This document shows positions 27,985 through 36,836 of a DNA stretch of 64,000 nucleotides, piece after piece. This stretch comes from Candidatus Omnitrophota bacterium (lineage in GTDB: Bacteria > Omnitrophota > Omnitrophia > Omnitrophales > Aquincolibacteriaceae): positions 26,456-90,455 of the forward strand of contig DAOPYQ010000006.1 of assembly GCA_035352955.1 (NCBI GenBank), read 5' to 3'. Each line of letters begins with the position of its first letter. The stretch's first letter is position 1. The position numbers were made by a program, and so were the translations under genes. The notes under the pieces are model-generated. The model was not told the DNA's origin. It made no database searches and worked only from the letters and a program-made list of their open reading frames with translations.

Positions 27985-28200
27985 TGACAGTCTATGGGTT
28001 TCCGTGTACTCTTTCGACAGTAGCACAAAATACCAGTGAGGTGAAACCCGAAAGAGCCCCTAAGTTTTTGAAAAGGGTAGCACGGGAAGGCTCCAAACCT
28101 TCCGGTGACGTGGATAGAGAGTCCAAATAACGCCTTTTGTTTTGAGTGATGACCCGCCCCTGGCGGGATGTTGCTTGGAACTGAGAGGCGTTTTTTTTAA
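27985..28200 (+). ncRNA. Candidate small structured RNA or leader transcript (putative promoter TTGACA-17-TACTCT, then hairpins, then a terminator-like GC stem plus 8 T residues).
   Basis: A 400-nt AT-rich gap with no ORF. Perfect -35 TTGACA. Hairpins GGAAGG-ctccaaa-CCTTCC and CCCGCCCCTGGCGGG. AGGCG followed by 8 T at about 28185-28198. Confidence 0.25.
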
Positions 28201-28323
28201 TCTAGCCCCCCGATATTCAAGAATGTCAGGGTGTATTCGAGTGACGGAGCCGAGGTGCCTCACAGATGTTCCGGAGCGATCCGGGCTGCTCCGCGAAGAT
28301 GAACAAAAAAAGGAGATTAGAAA

Positions 28324-28638
28324 ATGAAGAGTACATTGTTGATCGGGATTTTGGTGGCGTTGGTCCTGGTGTGTCAGGGTGTTGCGTTCGCCGAATCCGC
28401 GGGAAAGATGGTTCCGGTGGGTGAAGAGGAAGTGGTCGCTGTGGCGGAAGATGCCAAGACCGGTGGTGTTGAGGCTGTTGCCGAAGAGACCGACGAACTT
28501 TACGCCCCTGCAGCAACGCCGGCAGCTATCAAGACCGAAGCGAAAGAAGAGATCAAGGATGTGAATCAGGCGGCGAAGGAAGCCGTGAAGGATATCAAGG
28601 CCGAAGAGAAGGAAGCCTTGAAAGAAGCGAAGATGTAA
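28324..28638 (+). CDS. Small exported acidic Ala/Glu/Lys-rich protein.
   Basis: Signal peptide MKSTLLIGILVALVLVCQGVAFA. RBS AAGGAG. Low-complexity EAVAEE/KEAxK repeats. Confidence 0.55.
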   Translation: MKSTLLIGILVALVLVCQGVAFAESAGKMVPVGEEEVVAVAEDAKTGGVEAVAEETDELYAPAATPAAIKTEAKEEIKDVNQAAKEAVKDIKAEEKEALKEAKM

Positions 28639-28814
28639 GACTTGCGCTCTGTCCGCTGAGGACAGGGGCATGATCGCCTAATCCCCGGATAGGGGAACGG
28701 GAGAAAAGAAATGGTGAACTGAGCTTCCGCAAGGGGGTGAGGCGGGCTAATCTGCGGCCCGAACCGGAAACGACTAATCCCGTCGGCGTTGCAGATTGTT
28801 TTTATTGATTTGAC

Positions 28815-28850
28815 GCGGGGCCGTTCCGAAGGGGGCGGCCCCGTTTTTTT
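28815..28850 (+). terminator. Rho-independent terminator (or attenuator) between the small-protein gene and terC.
   Basis: CGGGGCCG stem, loop, CGGCCCCG, then 7 T residues. Confidence 0.7.
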
Positions 28851-28926
28851 CGAAGAAAGTTCCCAAAGGGCTTTTTTTCTGATTTAATACGCACCTCTTT
28901 GAACCCGTTTGAAAAGGATGAATATT

Positions 28927-29856
28927 ATGCACCCTGTGGCGTGGATTGTTTTTGCGGTGACGGTCATTGTTTTGCTGGCGTTGGATCTTGGCGTGTTCCA
29001 CCGCCGGGAACACGAAGTGAAGATGAAGGAGGCGATCTTCTGGAGCATCGTTTGGACCGTGATCGCGTTCATCTTTAATTTCGGGGTTTATCTGTTCCAG
29101 GGGAAGGAAATGGCCATGCAGTTTTTGGCGGGTTATATCCTGGAGCGGACGCTGAGTTTCGATAACCTTTTCGTGTTCCTTCTTGTCTTTAATTATTTCC
29201 AGCTTCCGTCCCGCTATCACCACAAAGTCCTTTTCTGGGGGATCTTCGGGGCGCTTCTTTTCCGGGCGATCTTTATCGGATTCGGAATAAGCCTCCTCCA
29301 CTATTTTTCCTGGATGATCTATGTGTTCGGGGCGATCCTCGTTTGGACCGGCGTGAACCTTGCTTTTGAGAAAGACAAAAAAGTCGAGCCAGAAAAGAAC
29401 ATTTTTGTGAAATGGGTCCGGAAGATGTTCCCCGTGACGCAGGATTATCATGAAGGGAAATTTTTTGTGCGGATCAACAAGGTTCTTTACGCGACGCCTC
29501 TTATCGTGATCCTTCTTGTGATCGAATCAACGGACGTGGTATTCGCGGTGGATTCGATCCCCGCGATTTTGGCAATCTCCCGCGATATTTTTGTTGTTTA
29601 TACGTCGAATGTCTTCGCGATCCTGGGGCTCCGGGCTCTTTATTTTGCGATCGCAGAACTGATGAAGATGTTCCATCACCTGCATTACGGGCTTTCGCTT
29701 ATTCTGGTGCTGATCGGCGTTAAGATGTTGATCGCGCATTTCTACCACGTTCCCACCGCGATTGCCCTCGGGGCCATTTTATTGATCCTGGCGCTTTCGG
29801 TTGTGGCGTCCATCATCTGGCCCGCTAAACCGGGGGAGGCCGGTTTGCAGCATTGA
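28927..29856 (+). CDS. TerC/Alx family integral membrane protein.
   Basis: MHPVAWIVFAVTVIVLLALDLGVFHRREH...ERTLSFDNLFVFLLVF and later FAVDSIPAIL, both typical of TerC. AAGGA lies 8 nt upstream of the ATG. Confidence 0.85.
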   Translation: MHPVAWIVFAVTVIVLLALDLGVFHRREHEVKMKEAIFWSIVWTVIAFIFNFGVYLFQGKEMAMQFLAGYILERTLSFDNLFVFLLVFNYFQLPSRYHHKVLFWGIFGALLFRAIFIGFGISLLHYFSWMIYVFGAILVWTGVNLAFEKDKKVEPEKNIFVKWVRKMFPVTQDYHEGKFFVRINKVLYATPLIVILLVIESTDVVFAVDSIPAILAISRDIFVVYTSNVFAILGLRALYFAIAELMKMFHHLHYGLSLILVLIGVKMLIAHFYHVPTAIALGAILLILALSVVASIIWPAKPGEAGLQH

Positions 29857-29903
29857 TTCGCCGGCGCGAGGATTTTGACGGGGTTTGATCGGAGGGTGTT
29901 TAC

Positions 29904-29947
29904 AAAAAAAGGCTCTGCCGCGGCATGGTGCGCGGCAGAGCCTTTTT
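29904..29947. terminator. Bidirectional intrinsic terminator between terC (+) and merR (-).
   Basis: A7 run, GGCTCTGCCGCG, 8-nt loop, CGCGGCAGAGCC, then T5. Confidence 0.75.
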
Positions 29948-29949
29948 GC

Positions 29950-30471
29950 TCACCGGCTGAACCGGGTGCGGATGGCTTTAATCTCTTCTTTGGGGATATT
30001 CAGGAATTCCAAAAATTCCTGGTGTCCTTCAGGCGCGTTTTTCTCAAAGGCCCTGTGCCAGTTCTCCATCTGCTTATCTGATAACCCGGTTTCCCGGAAG
30101 ATCTGGATCCATTGTTCTTTGTTGATCTTACCCATCTTTAAAATCCTCCTGTTTTTGAGGAGCGCCAGGACCATTTTTTGCTGGCTCTTGAGCTCCTGGA
30201 TCTCATCGTTGATCCGGGCGAGACGTTTCTCGAGTATCCTCGAGAAAGATCCGCCCTGTTTTTTCTCCAAAAGGGCCTGGATATCCTTAAGGGGAAGACC
30301 GGCTTTTCTGTAGAGACAGATGGATCCGAGACGTTTCTCTTTTCCCGCATCGTAAAGCCGGTAGCCGGTGAGGGTGCGTCTCGAAGCTTTAAGTAAGCCC
30401 ATTGCCTCGTAATAGAGCAGAGCCGTTCTTGAGATCTGGTGCTGCTTCGCGAGTTGTGAAATGGTTTGCAT
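29950..30471 (-). CDS. MerR family transcriptional regulator.
   Basis: MQTISQLAKQHQISRTALLYYEAMGLLKASRRTLTGYRLYD HTH. AAGGAG lies 5 nt upstream of ATG 30471. Confidence 0.8.
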   Translation of the reverse strand: MQTISQLAKQHQISRTALLYYEAMGLLKASRRTLTGYRLYDAGKEKRLGSICLYRKAGLPLKDIQALLEKKQGGSFSRILEKRLARINDEIQELKSQQKMVLALLKNRRILKMGKINKEQWIQIFRETGLSDKQMENWHRAFEKNAPEGHQEFLEFLNIPKEEIKAIRTRFSR

Positions 30472-30643
30472 GGCATCTCCTTTCCGTGGAAGCATAAACT
30501 ATCAAGCTGTAGACAGGTCAACAGCCTACCGCAAAAAGACTTTGTGATCAAAGAGGAATGGCAGTGCGCAGAGAGGGGAGGAACGCTCCAGCTCCGAGCT
30601 GTGCGCTTCACGTCTAGGTCCGGTGGTGGTAGCTGAAAAGCAT

Positions 30644-30685
30644 AAAAAAACGCCCCGCCGAAATAACGGCGGAGCGTTTTTTTTT
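30644..30685. terminator. Intrinsic terminator downstream of hppA (symmetric A-run / GC stem / T-run).
   Basis: A7, ACGCCCCGCCG, AAATAA, CGGCGGAGCGT, T9. Confidence 0.7.
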
Positions 30686-30705
30686 GTAACTGTTTTTCTG
30701 CGTGA

Positions 30706-33165
30706 TCAGGTCTTAGATTTCAGGACCGGGATCCGCATGCTGTAAAAGGATCTCCAGACGAAGAACAATCCCGCAACGAAAAGGACGAGCCCGCTGACAC
30801 GGGTTGTCGCCGGATTCATCTTGATCGCGATCTCGACGGCGAGCATGCCGAAGAGGGTCGAGAACTTGATGATCGGGTTGAGGGAGACGGAGGTCGTATC
30901 TTTGAAAGGATCTCCCACGGTATCGCCGATGACTGTCGCCGCGTGGACCGGCGTATTCTTCTCGCCCAGGTCAACTTCGACGACTTTCTTCGCGTTATCC
31001 CATGAACCGCCCGCGTTGGCCATGAACATAGCCTGGAAAAGACCGAACGTGGCGATCGCGATGAGGTAGGCGATGAAGAAGTAAGGATCGAACATCGCGA
31101 AGGCGAGCGTGAGCAGCAAGAGACCGAGGAAGACATTCCACATCCCTTTTTGCGCGTACTCGGTGCAGATCTGAACGACCTTGATCGAATCGCTGCGATC
31201 GGCTTCCTTCTTATCGAGGTTCAGGTTCTTCTTGATGTACTCGACCGCGGAGTAAGCTCCGGTGGCCACGGCCTGGATGGAAGCGCCGGAGAACCAGAAG
31301 ATCACCGCGCCGCCGCAGAGGATCCCCAAGAGGATCGGCGCGGCCGTGAGGGACAACCGTTCGTTCAGCATCAGTTCGCCGATATTCGCGGGAACGATGG
31401 TGCCGAGTTTCGCGGCAGCGACCGCGATCGTATGAAGGTGCTCTTGCAACAACAGGATGATCGAGAAGATCATCGTGGTCGCGCCGGCGACGGCCGTACC
31501 GATCAGCACCGGCTTTGCGGTGGCCTTAAAGGTGTTACCCGCCGAGTCGTTGGCTTCGAGATAATGCTTGCCGCCCTTAAAGTCCGGCTTGAAACCGAAA
31601 TCCTTCTCGATCTCTTTTTCGATCCCGGCGATGGATTCCGTCTGGGCGAGTTCAAAGATCGATTGAGCGTTGTCCGTGACCGGGCCGTAGGAATCGACGG
31701 CGATATTGACCGGGCCCATGCAGAGGAAGCCGTAGGCGACGAGACCGAACGCGAAGACCGACGCGTGCGGCATGATGTTCTGCAACCCCGTTCCGGAGAT
31801 CAAATAGGCCGCGAACATCAGGCCCGCGATGAGAATGCCCTTCCAGAAAGCGGAGAAGTAACCCGCCACAAGCCCTGAGAGGATCGTGAGCGACGCGCCG
31901 CCTTCGCGGGAAGCCGTGACGATCTCCTGGACGTGCTTGGAGTGGGAAGACGTGAAGACCTTGGTGAATTCCGGAATGAGGTAGGCCGCCAAAGTCCCGC
32001 ACGTGATGATCGAAGCAAGCTTCCACCACAGCGTCGGATCGGGAAGGTCGCCCACGAGCAGGTACGACATTCCGAACGAAGTGGAGATGCAAAGGGTCGA
32101 AGCGATCTTGATGAGGCGCGTCAGCGGTTCTTCAAAATCGAACTCTTTCAGGTTCTTGTACTTGTGTTCAGAAATGAACTGATTGATGAAATAAGACGCT
32201 CCCGACATGAAATCCATCAGGAAGCGCATAGCAAAGATCCAGACGATCAGTTTGGCCTGAAGGGAAGGATCCTTGACCGCGAGGGTGATGAAGGAAATGA
32301 GCGCGACGCCCGTGACGCCGTAGGTCTCAAATCCGTCCGCCGTCGGGCCGACCGAATCGCCTGCGTTGTCGCCCGTGCAGTCGGCAATGACGCCGGGGTT
32401 GCGCGGATCATCTTCTTTGACCTTGAAAACGATCTTCATGAGGTCGGAACCGATGTCGGCGATCTTGGTGAAGATACCTCCCGCGATGCGCAGCGCGCTG
32501 GCGCCGAGCGATTCGCCGATCGCGAATCCGAGGAAACAGTAGCCGACGATGTTACGTGGGACGAAAAGAAGGATGATCACCATCATGACGAGTTCGACGG
32601 AGATCAGGAAAAGGCCAACCGACATTCCCGAGCGCATGGGGATATTGACCACATCCCACGGTTTGCAGCGAAGGGAAGCGAACGCCGTCCGGGCGTTCGC
32701 GTAGGTGTTCACGCGGATTCCGTAATAGGCCACCAGCGCGGAACCGCCCATACCGATGACGGAGAAAAGGAGGACCAATCCCAGGGTGGTGATCGGTTCG
32801 TGCTTGAGGCCAAGGAAATAATAGGACATGGCGCAAGCAATGATCGCGAACAGGATTGAGAGGAACTTGATCTGCTGTTTGAGATACGTTTTGCAGGTCT
32901 GGAAGATCGTTTCCGCGACATCAAGCATGGATTTATGCGCGGGAAGCTTCTTCACGTTATAGAACTGGTAGAGGGAAAGTCCCACCGTCCCCATGATCAC
33001 CATCGCCCCGTAGAGGAGGATCTGGTAACCCGTGAGGCCTCCGAACATGGCGAAGTGGCCCTCATGGAGGTCCGGGATCTTCAGGTCTGCTTCACTGGCC
33101 CATGCGGCGGTTTGTCCCAGGAAAAATGCTCCCAGAAGAGAGAGTTGCGTAAAAAGTTTTTTCAT
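30706..33165 (-). CDS. hppA: Membrane-bound proton/sodium-translocating pyrophosphatase.
   Basis: 819 aa polytopic protein. Signature motifs DCTGDNAGDSVGPTADGFETYG and VIGDTVGDPFKDTTSVSLNPIIK (the DxxGDxxKD PPi-binding motif). Confidence 0.9.
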   Translation of the reverse strand: MKKLFTQLSLLGAFFLGQTAAWASEADLKIPDLHEGHFAMFGGLTGYQILLYGAMVIMGTVGLSLYQFYNVKKLPAHKSMLDVAETIFQTCKTYLKQQIKFLSILFAIIACAMSYYFLGLKHEPITTLGLVLLFSVIGMGGSALVAYYGIRVNTYANARTAFASLRCKPWDVVNIPMRSGMSVGLFLISVELVMMVIILLFVPRNIVGYCFLGFAIGESLGASALRIAGGIFTKIADIGSDLMKIVFKVKEDDPRNPGVIADCTGDNAGDSVGPTADGFETYGVTGVALISFITLAVKDPSLQAKLIVWIFAMRFLMDFMSGASYFINQFISEHKYKNLKEFDFEEPLTRLIKIASTLCISTSFGMSYLLVGDLPDPTLWWKLASIITCGTLAAYLIPEFTKVFTSSHSKHVQEIVTASREGGASLTILSGLVAGYFSAFWKGILIAGLMFAAYLISGTGLQNIMPHASVFAFGLVAYGFLCMGPVNIAVDSYGPVTDNAQSIFELAQTESIAGIEKEIEKDFGFKPDFKGGKHYLEANDSAGNTFKATAKPVLIGTAVAGATTMIFSIILLLQEHLHTIAVAAAKLGTIVPANIGELMLNERLSLTAAPILLGILCGGAVIFWFSGASIQAVATGAYSAVEYIKKNLNLDKKEADRSDSIKVVQICTEYAQKGMWNVFLGLLLLTLAFAMFDPYFFIAYLIAIATFGLFQAMFMANAGGSWDNAKKVVEVDLGEKNTPVHAATVIGDTVGDPFKDTTSVSLNPIIKFSTLFGMLAVEIAIKMNPATTRVSGLVLFVAGLFFVWRSFYSMRIPVLKSKT

Positions 33166-33180
33166 ATATCTCCTGCTGAA

Positions 33181-33342
33181 TTAGTAGCTCGAGTTTTGCA
33201 CGCTTCGCGGTGTTGCCACCATGGCTTATAAAAACACAACCCGTTGTCATTCCTCTATCGCTTCAAGCCTGGATCTCTTTTTCAGATCCCCGACAAAAAC
33301 ACTCGCGAATGACAAAGAAAAGCAGAACCCGAGCTAATAACT
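33181..33342. repeat. Nested inverted-repeat element in the hppA leader / divergent intergenic region.
   Basis: Outer arms TTAGTAGCTCGAGTTTTGC and GCAGAACCCGAGCTAATAACT (about 17 of 21 complementary). Inner perfect 9-bp arms TTGTCATTC / GAATGACAA. Central hairpin GGATCT-ctttttc-AGATCC. Confidence 0.6.
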
Positions 33343-33489
33343 ACCGGTTAATATTGTTCGTGATTTAAATAATGTTTCTGAGGGGTTTGCATGGTGAATG
33401 GACGTTTATGATAGCGAAACGGCGGAAAAATTCCATCTAAATTTTGGAACGAAAAGAAAAGCGGGGAGAGCGCGGAAGGCGGGCACCTG

Positions 33490-33517
33490 TTGATTGTCGG
33501 CCCAATTCTGCTATATT
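33490..33517 (+). promoter_or_regulatory. Sigma70-like promoter (TTGATT, 16 nt spacer, TATATT) driving an approximately 190-nt structured leader of the permease gene.
   Basis: -35 and -10 hexamers with a 16-nt spacer. The leader contains a perfect 8-bp hairpin ATCCCGCC-n8-GGCGGGAT and two direct GATTGCCCC repeats (33566 and 33666). Confidence 0.4.
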
Positions 33518-33712
33518 AAGACTTTCCATCCCGACTTTAATTTTCTTTACAGCAACGGTAGTTGAGATTGCCCCATCCCGCCTTTGTGGCGGCGGGATGA
33601 AAAGGAAGAGGAAAGGAATTGGAACTATCCTTGTCTAAGATTTGATTTCTTAGATGGTTGACAAGGATTGCCCCGATTTCAACTTCGTTAAAATCAATAG
33701 GTATTTGGGACT

Positions 33713-35440
33713 ATGTCACTGATGATCAAACGGGTCGAAAGACCTCGCGAACTAAAATGGTATCATGCAGGCGCCATGCTCTATGGCGATTGGGGAACCT
33801 CCAAGGCTTATGTGCTTGGGATCGCTTTCGCCCTTGCCGGTCACGCCTCCTGGTTTTTTCTGGGGCTGATGTCCCTTCTGATGACCCTGATCGGGATCTG
33901 CTACATGATCGTCTGCCGTATTTATCCTGACGGCGGTGGCGTTTATTCTTCGGTAAAACACCGTTCCCAGACGCTGGCTGTGATCGGGGCTTTTCTCTTG
34001 ATCGCGGATTATGTCGTGACGGCTTCTTTGAGTGTTCTGGACGCCTTCCATTATTTTAATGTGCCGTATCCCGAACTGGCGGCCGTCGTGGCGATCCTTG
34101 TGATCGGAGCCATGAACTGGGTCGGACCTTCAAAGGGGGGCACCGTGGCGGCGGTGATCGCTGTTTTTGCGTCGGTTTCCGCGATCATCCTTTTTGCTTT
34201 TACCGTGCCGAGCCTTTCCAATGTTCAGCTGACCATGCCCGTGGGAGGGTTCACGAAAAATTGGCCGGTTTTTGTCGGGATCGTGCTTGCGCTTTCCGGC
34301 GTCGAAGCGATCGCCAATATGACCGGTGTGATGGTGGAACCGGTGGGGAAGACCTCCCGCCGAGCGATCCTGCCGGTGCTCATCGAAGTGGCTCTCCTGA
34401 CTTTTTTGCTGGGAGTCGCGATGAATGCGATCTCGGGGCTGAAAGGGCATACCGAAGACATGTTGCGCGCGCTCGGGGATCACTATATTGGCGCATGGTT
34501 CGGTGGCGTGATCTCGATCATTTTCGGTTTTCTTCTCTTGTCGGCGGGCAATACGGCGATCATGGGGCTTGTGTCGATCCAGTTCGCTTTAGCCAAGGAT
34601 CGTGAGCTTCCGCCCGTATTTGCGAAATTGAACCGCTTTGGCATGCCGATGCTTGCGCTCATCGTCGCGACACTTTTACCGATCGTCGTTCTTTTGGTTG
34701 AAAAGGACATCGTCCACCTCGCGGCGCTTTATGCGATCGGCGTTGTCGGCGCGATTACGCTGAATCTTACGACGAGCGCTACGAATTTCGGGATCCGGCT
34801 GAAATTATGGGAACGTCTTTTGCTGGCCGCAGGCGCGGTCATCACGCTTTTCATTGAGGTGACGATCGCTATTCAAAAACAGAACGCGCTTTTCTTCGTC
34901 CTTACCATTTTGGGAGTGGGGCTCATTCTGCGCTATGCGGCCAAGATGATCGCGCCGGTAACGATGCCGGAGTTGGCGCCCACCGTGAATCTTCTTACGG
35001 TTGCGGAGGCCAAAGAACTTTCTTCACTTTATAAGAGTACGGCTCTTGTGGCGCTTCGCTCGGTGAATCCCGTTCTTCTGGAAGAGGCCGCGCTGCACGT
35101 CAAGGCGATGGGGGAGAATACGGTTTATCTGAGTTATGTCGAGGAAACGCCGCCCTCGCCTGAATTGCCGACTGAGATCGAGCCGTCGCTGGAGTCCGTG
35201 GAAGTGCTTTCAAAGGCCCAGGAAGAGATGGAAAAATACGGGATTACGGCGGTTCCCATTTGGCAGATCGGAGAGAATCCCGGGAGGCTCATTGCCCGGG
35301 CGGCGCATGATCTCAAAGTGAAGACCGTTGCGATCGGTTCCACGAAACGCAGCGCCCTGATCAATCTCCTCCGCGGCGACGTTCTCCGGACGCTTGCGCA
35401 CAATTTGCACAAAGAGTGCCATTTATTGATTGTCGGATGA
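33713..35440 (+). CDS. APC-superfamily permease fused to a C-terminal universal stress protein (UspA) domain.
   Basis: 12 TM helices. C-terminus VYLSYVEE...KTVAIGSTKRSALINLLRGDVLRTLAHNLHKECHLLIVG is typical of a Usp domain. Confidence 0.75.
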   Translation: MSLMIKRVERPRELKWYHAGAMLYGDWGTSKAYVLGIAFALAGHASWFFLGLMSLLMTLIGICYMIVCRIYPDGGGVYSSVKHRSQTLAVIGAFLLIADYVVTASLSVLDAFHYFNVPYPELAAVVAILVIGAMNWVGPSKGGTVAAVIAVFASVSAIILFAFTVPSLSNVQLTMPVGGFTKNWPVFVGIVLALSGVEAIANMTGVMVEPVGKTSRRAILPVLIEVALLTFLLGVAMNAISGLKGHTEDMLRALGDHYIGAWFGGVISIIFGFLLLSAGNTAIMGLVSIQFALAKDRELPPVFAKLNRFGMPMLALIVATLLPIVVLLVEKDIVHLAALYAIGVVGAITLNLTTSATNFGIRLKLWERLLLAAGAVITLFIEVTIAIQKQNALFFVLTILGVGLILRYAAKMIAPVTMPELAPTVNLLTVAEAKELSSLYKSTALVALRSVNPVLLEEAALHVKAMGENTVYLSYVEETPPSPELPTEIEPSLESVEVLSKAQEEMEKYGITAVPIWQIGENPGRLIARAAHDLKVKTVAIGSTKRSALINLLRGDVLRTLAHNLHKECHLLIVG

Positions 35441-35498
35441 CCGGTTTTTGGCTATCCTAGTCCAGCGTCGTTTTTGCATTAAAACCATGGGAAATATC

Positions 35499-35813
35499 AT
35501 GAAGCTCCGCTTTCTATTTGCGTTCCTCGCAGTGGCGTTCCTTGCCATCCCGGTGGGTTCGGCCGAATGGTTCGACGGGGACGTTGACAAAGTCGACCTG
35601 AAATCGGGAACCCTCACGATCAGCGAGGTCGATCCCATTACCGAGGCGGCAGAGACCGAAGAGATCGTGATCTCGCCCGCGACTGTTTTTTCCGGTATCA
35701 AGTCCCTCAAGGATCTCCGGAAGGGCGACGACGTTACGATCGAAGCCAAGTACGATGAGCCGACCGATTCCTGGACAGCCCTTTCCGTTGAAATGGCCGA
35801 GGCCGGCGAGTGA
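35499..35813 (+). CDS. Small exported acidic hypothetical protein.
   Basis: Signal peptide MKLRFLFAFLAVAFLAIPVGSA. Confidence 0.5.
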   Translation: MKLRFLFAFLAVAFLAIPVGSAEWFDGDVDKVDLKSGTLTISEVDPITEAAETEEIVISPATVFSGIKSLKDLRKGDDVTIEAKYDEPTDSWTALSVEMAEAGE

Positions 35814-36706
35814 GAGAGGATTTTTTCTCGAAGTCCCGCTACACCTTCGGCGTTCTGACCACCGTTGCCAAAGATATTTTTCATTCCCGCTATCACGGCG
35901 AACTCCTTTCAGGAATCTTTCAGCGCGCCGGATCTCTCGGACATCAACTCAAGATCTTTACGCCTCCCGACGAGCCTTGCGCGTCACTTACGACACTTCT
36001 TCGGGAGCATGATCTCGACGGGCTTTTTATCCTGACGTGGCGTTGGATCCGTCCCGATATTTCGAAGCTTGTCGAAACCCAGTTTCAGGACCGGGTCCTG
36101 GTATTTAACGATCCCGCGCCGGGACTTCGGGTGAATCTTCTTTACACCGACGTTGATGCGGGGATGGCCCAGGCGGTGCGGCATCTGGTCAGAAAAGGAT
36201 GCCGCAAGATCGGCCTTCTTCACGGTCCGTCCGCGGTTCCGTTCCTTGTGGCGGGGAAAAAAGTCATGGTTCCCTTCACGGATACGGGACTTAAGAAGAA
36301 AGGATTTCTCGAGGCGCTCCGTTCCCGGGGTGTTCCGGTCAGAGGGGCCTGGATCCGCGCAACGGCTGCGAACAGTGAGGCCGAAGGTTATCGTGTGATG
36401 CGCCGTTGGCTCCGGGAAAAACGGCTTCCGGAGGCGCTTGTTTGCGGGAATGACGATCTTGCCTTCGGAGCCTTTGCCGCGCTCAGAGAAAGCGGCCGGA
36501 ATGCTCCGAACGATCTCGCCATTGTCGGGTTTGATGACAGTGAACATAAAAAGATCTTTCCGCCGCCGCTTACGTCCGTTCGGCAGCCCCTTTTTGAAAT
36601 GGGGAGGGACGCCGTGGATATCCTGGTTCGCCAGATCGAAGCGTCTGTCTCGAAGCCCGTTTGCCGGAAATACCTGCCCAAACTCGTCGTCCGTAAAACC
36701 GCCTAA
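35810..36706 (+). CDS. LacI/PurR-type periplasmic-binding-fold ligand-binding domain protein that lacks the N-terminal HTH.
   Basis: TFGVLTTVAKDIFHSRYHGELLSGI...CGNDDLAFGAFAALRESGRNAPNDLAIVGFDDSE is a LacI-family ligand-binding domain. Only about 11 residues precede the domain, so no DNA-binding domain is present. Confidence 0.65.
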   Translation: MREDFFSKSRYTFGVLTTVAKDIFHSRYHGELLSGIFQRAGSLGHQLKIFTPPDEPCASLTTLLREHDLDGLFILTWRWIRPDISKLVETQFQDRVLVFNDPAPGLRVNLLYTDVDAGMAQAVRHLVRKGCRKIGLLHGPSAVPFLVAGKKVMVPFTDTGLKKKGFLEALRSRGVPVRGAWIRATAANSEAEGYRVMRRWLREKRLPEALVCGNDDLAFGAFAALRESGRNAPNDLAIVGFDDSEHKKIFPPPLTSVRQPLFEMGRDAVDILVRQIEASVSKPVCRKYLPKLVVRKTA

Positions 36707-36836
36707 TCCCGCACAGCGGTTAATGTGTAGCGAAAAATCTTATCGTTCCGCGTACGCGTTGTCTCGCCTTCATTAAAAGTTCCATTTGCCGTAACTATAT
36801 AGCGGGAGTTTTTTCTCCCTTTGAATAAGGAGAGGT

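Noticed and set aside
27985-28200. 6S RNA.
   Set aside because: The length is compatible, but there is no recognisable central bubble or closing-stem pattern, and the usual genomic context is absent.
28640-28926. yybP-ykoY Mn2+ riboswitch upstream of terC.
   Set aside because: This is expected from gene context, but I cannot find the conserved consensus segments. It is reported only as an unclassified leader.
33181-33342. Miniature transposable element (MITE).
   Set aside because: Only terminal inverted-repeat-like arms are visible. There is no target-site duplication I can identify, no other copies in the window, and no transposase nearby. It is kept as a repeat/structured-leader feature instead.
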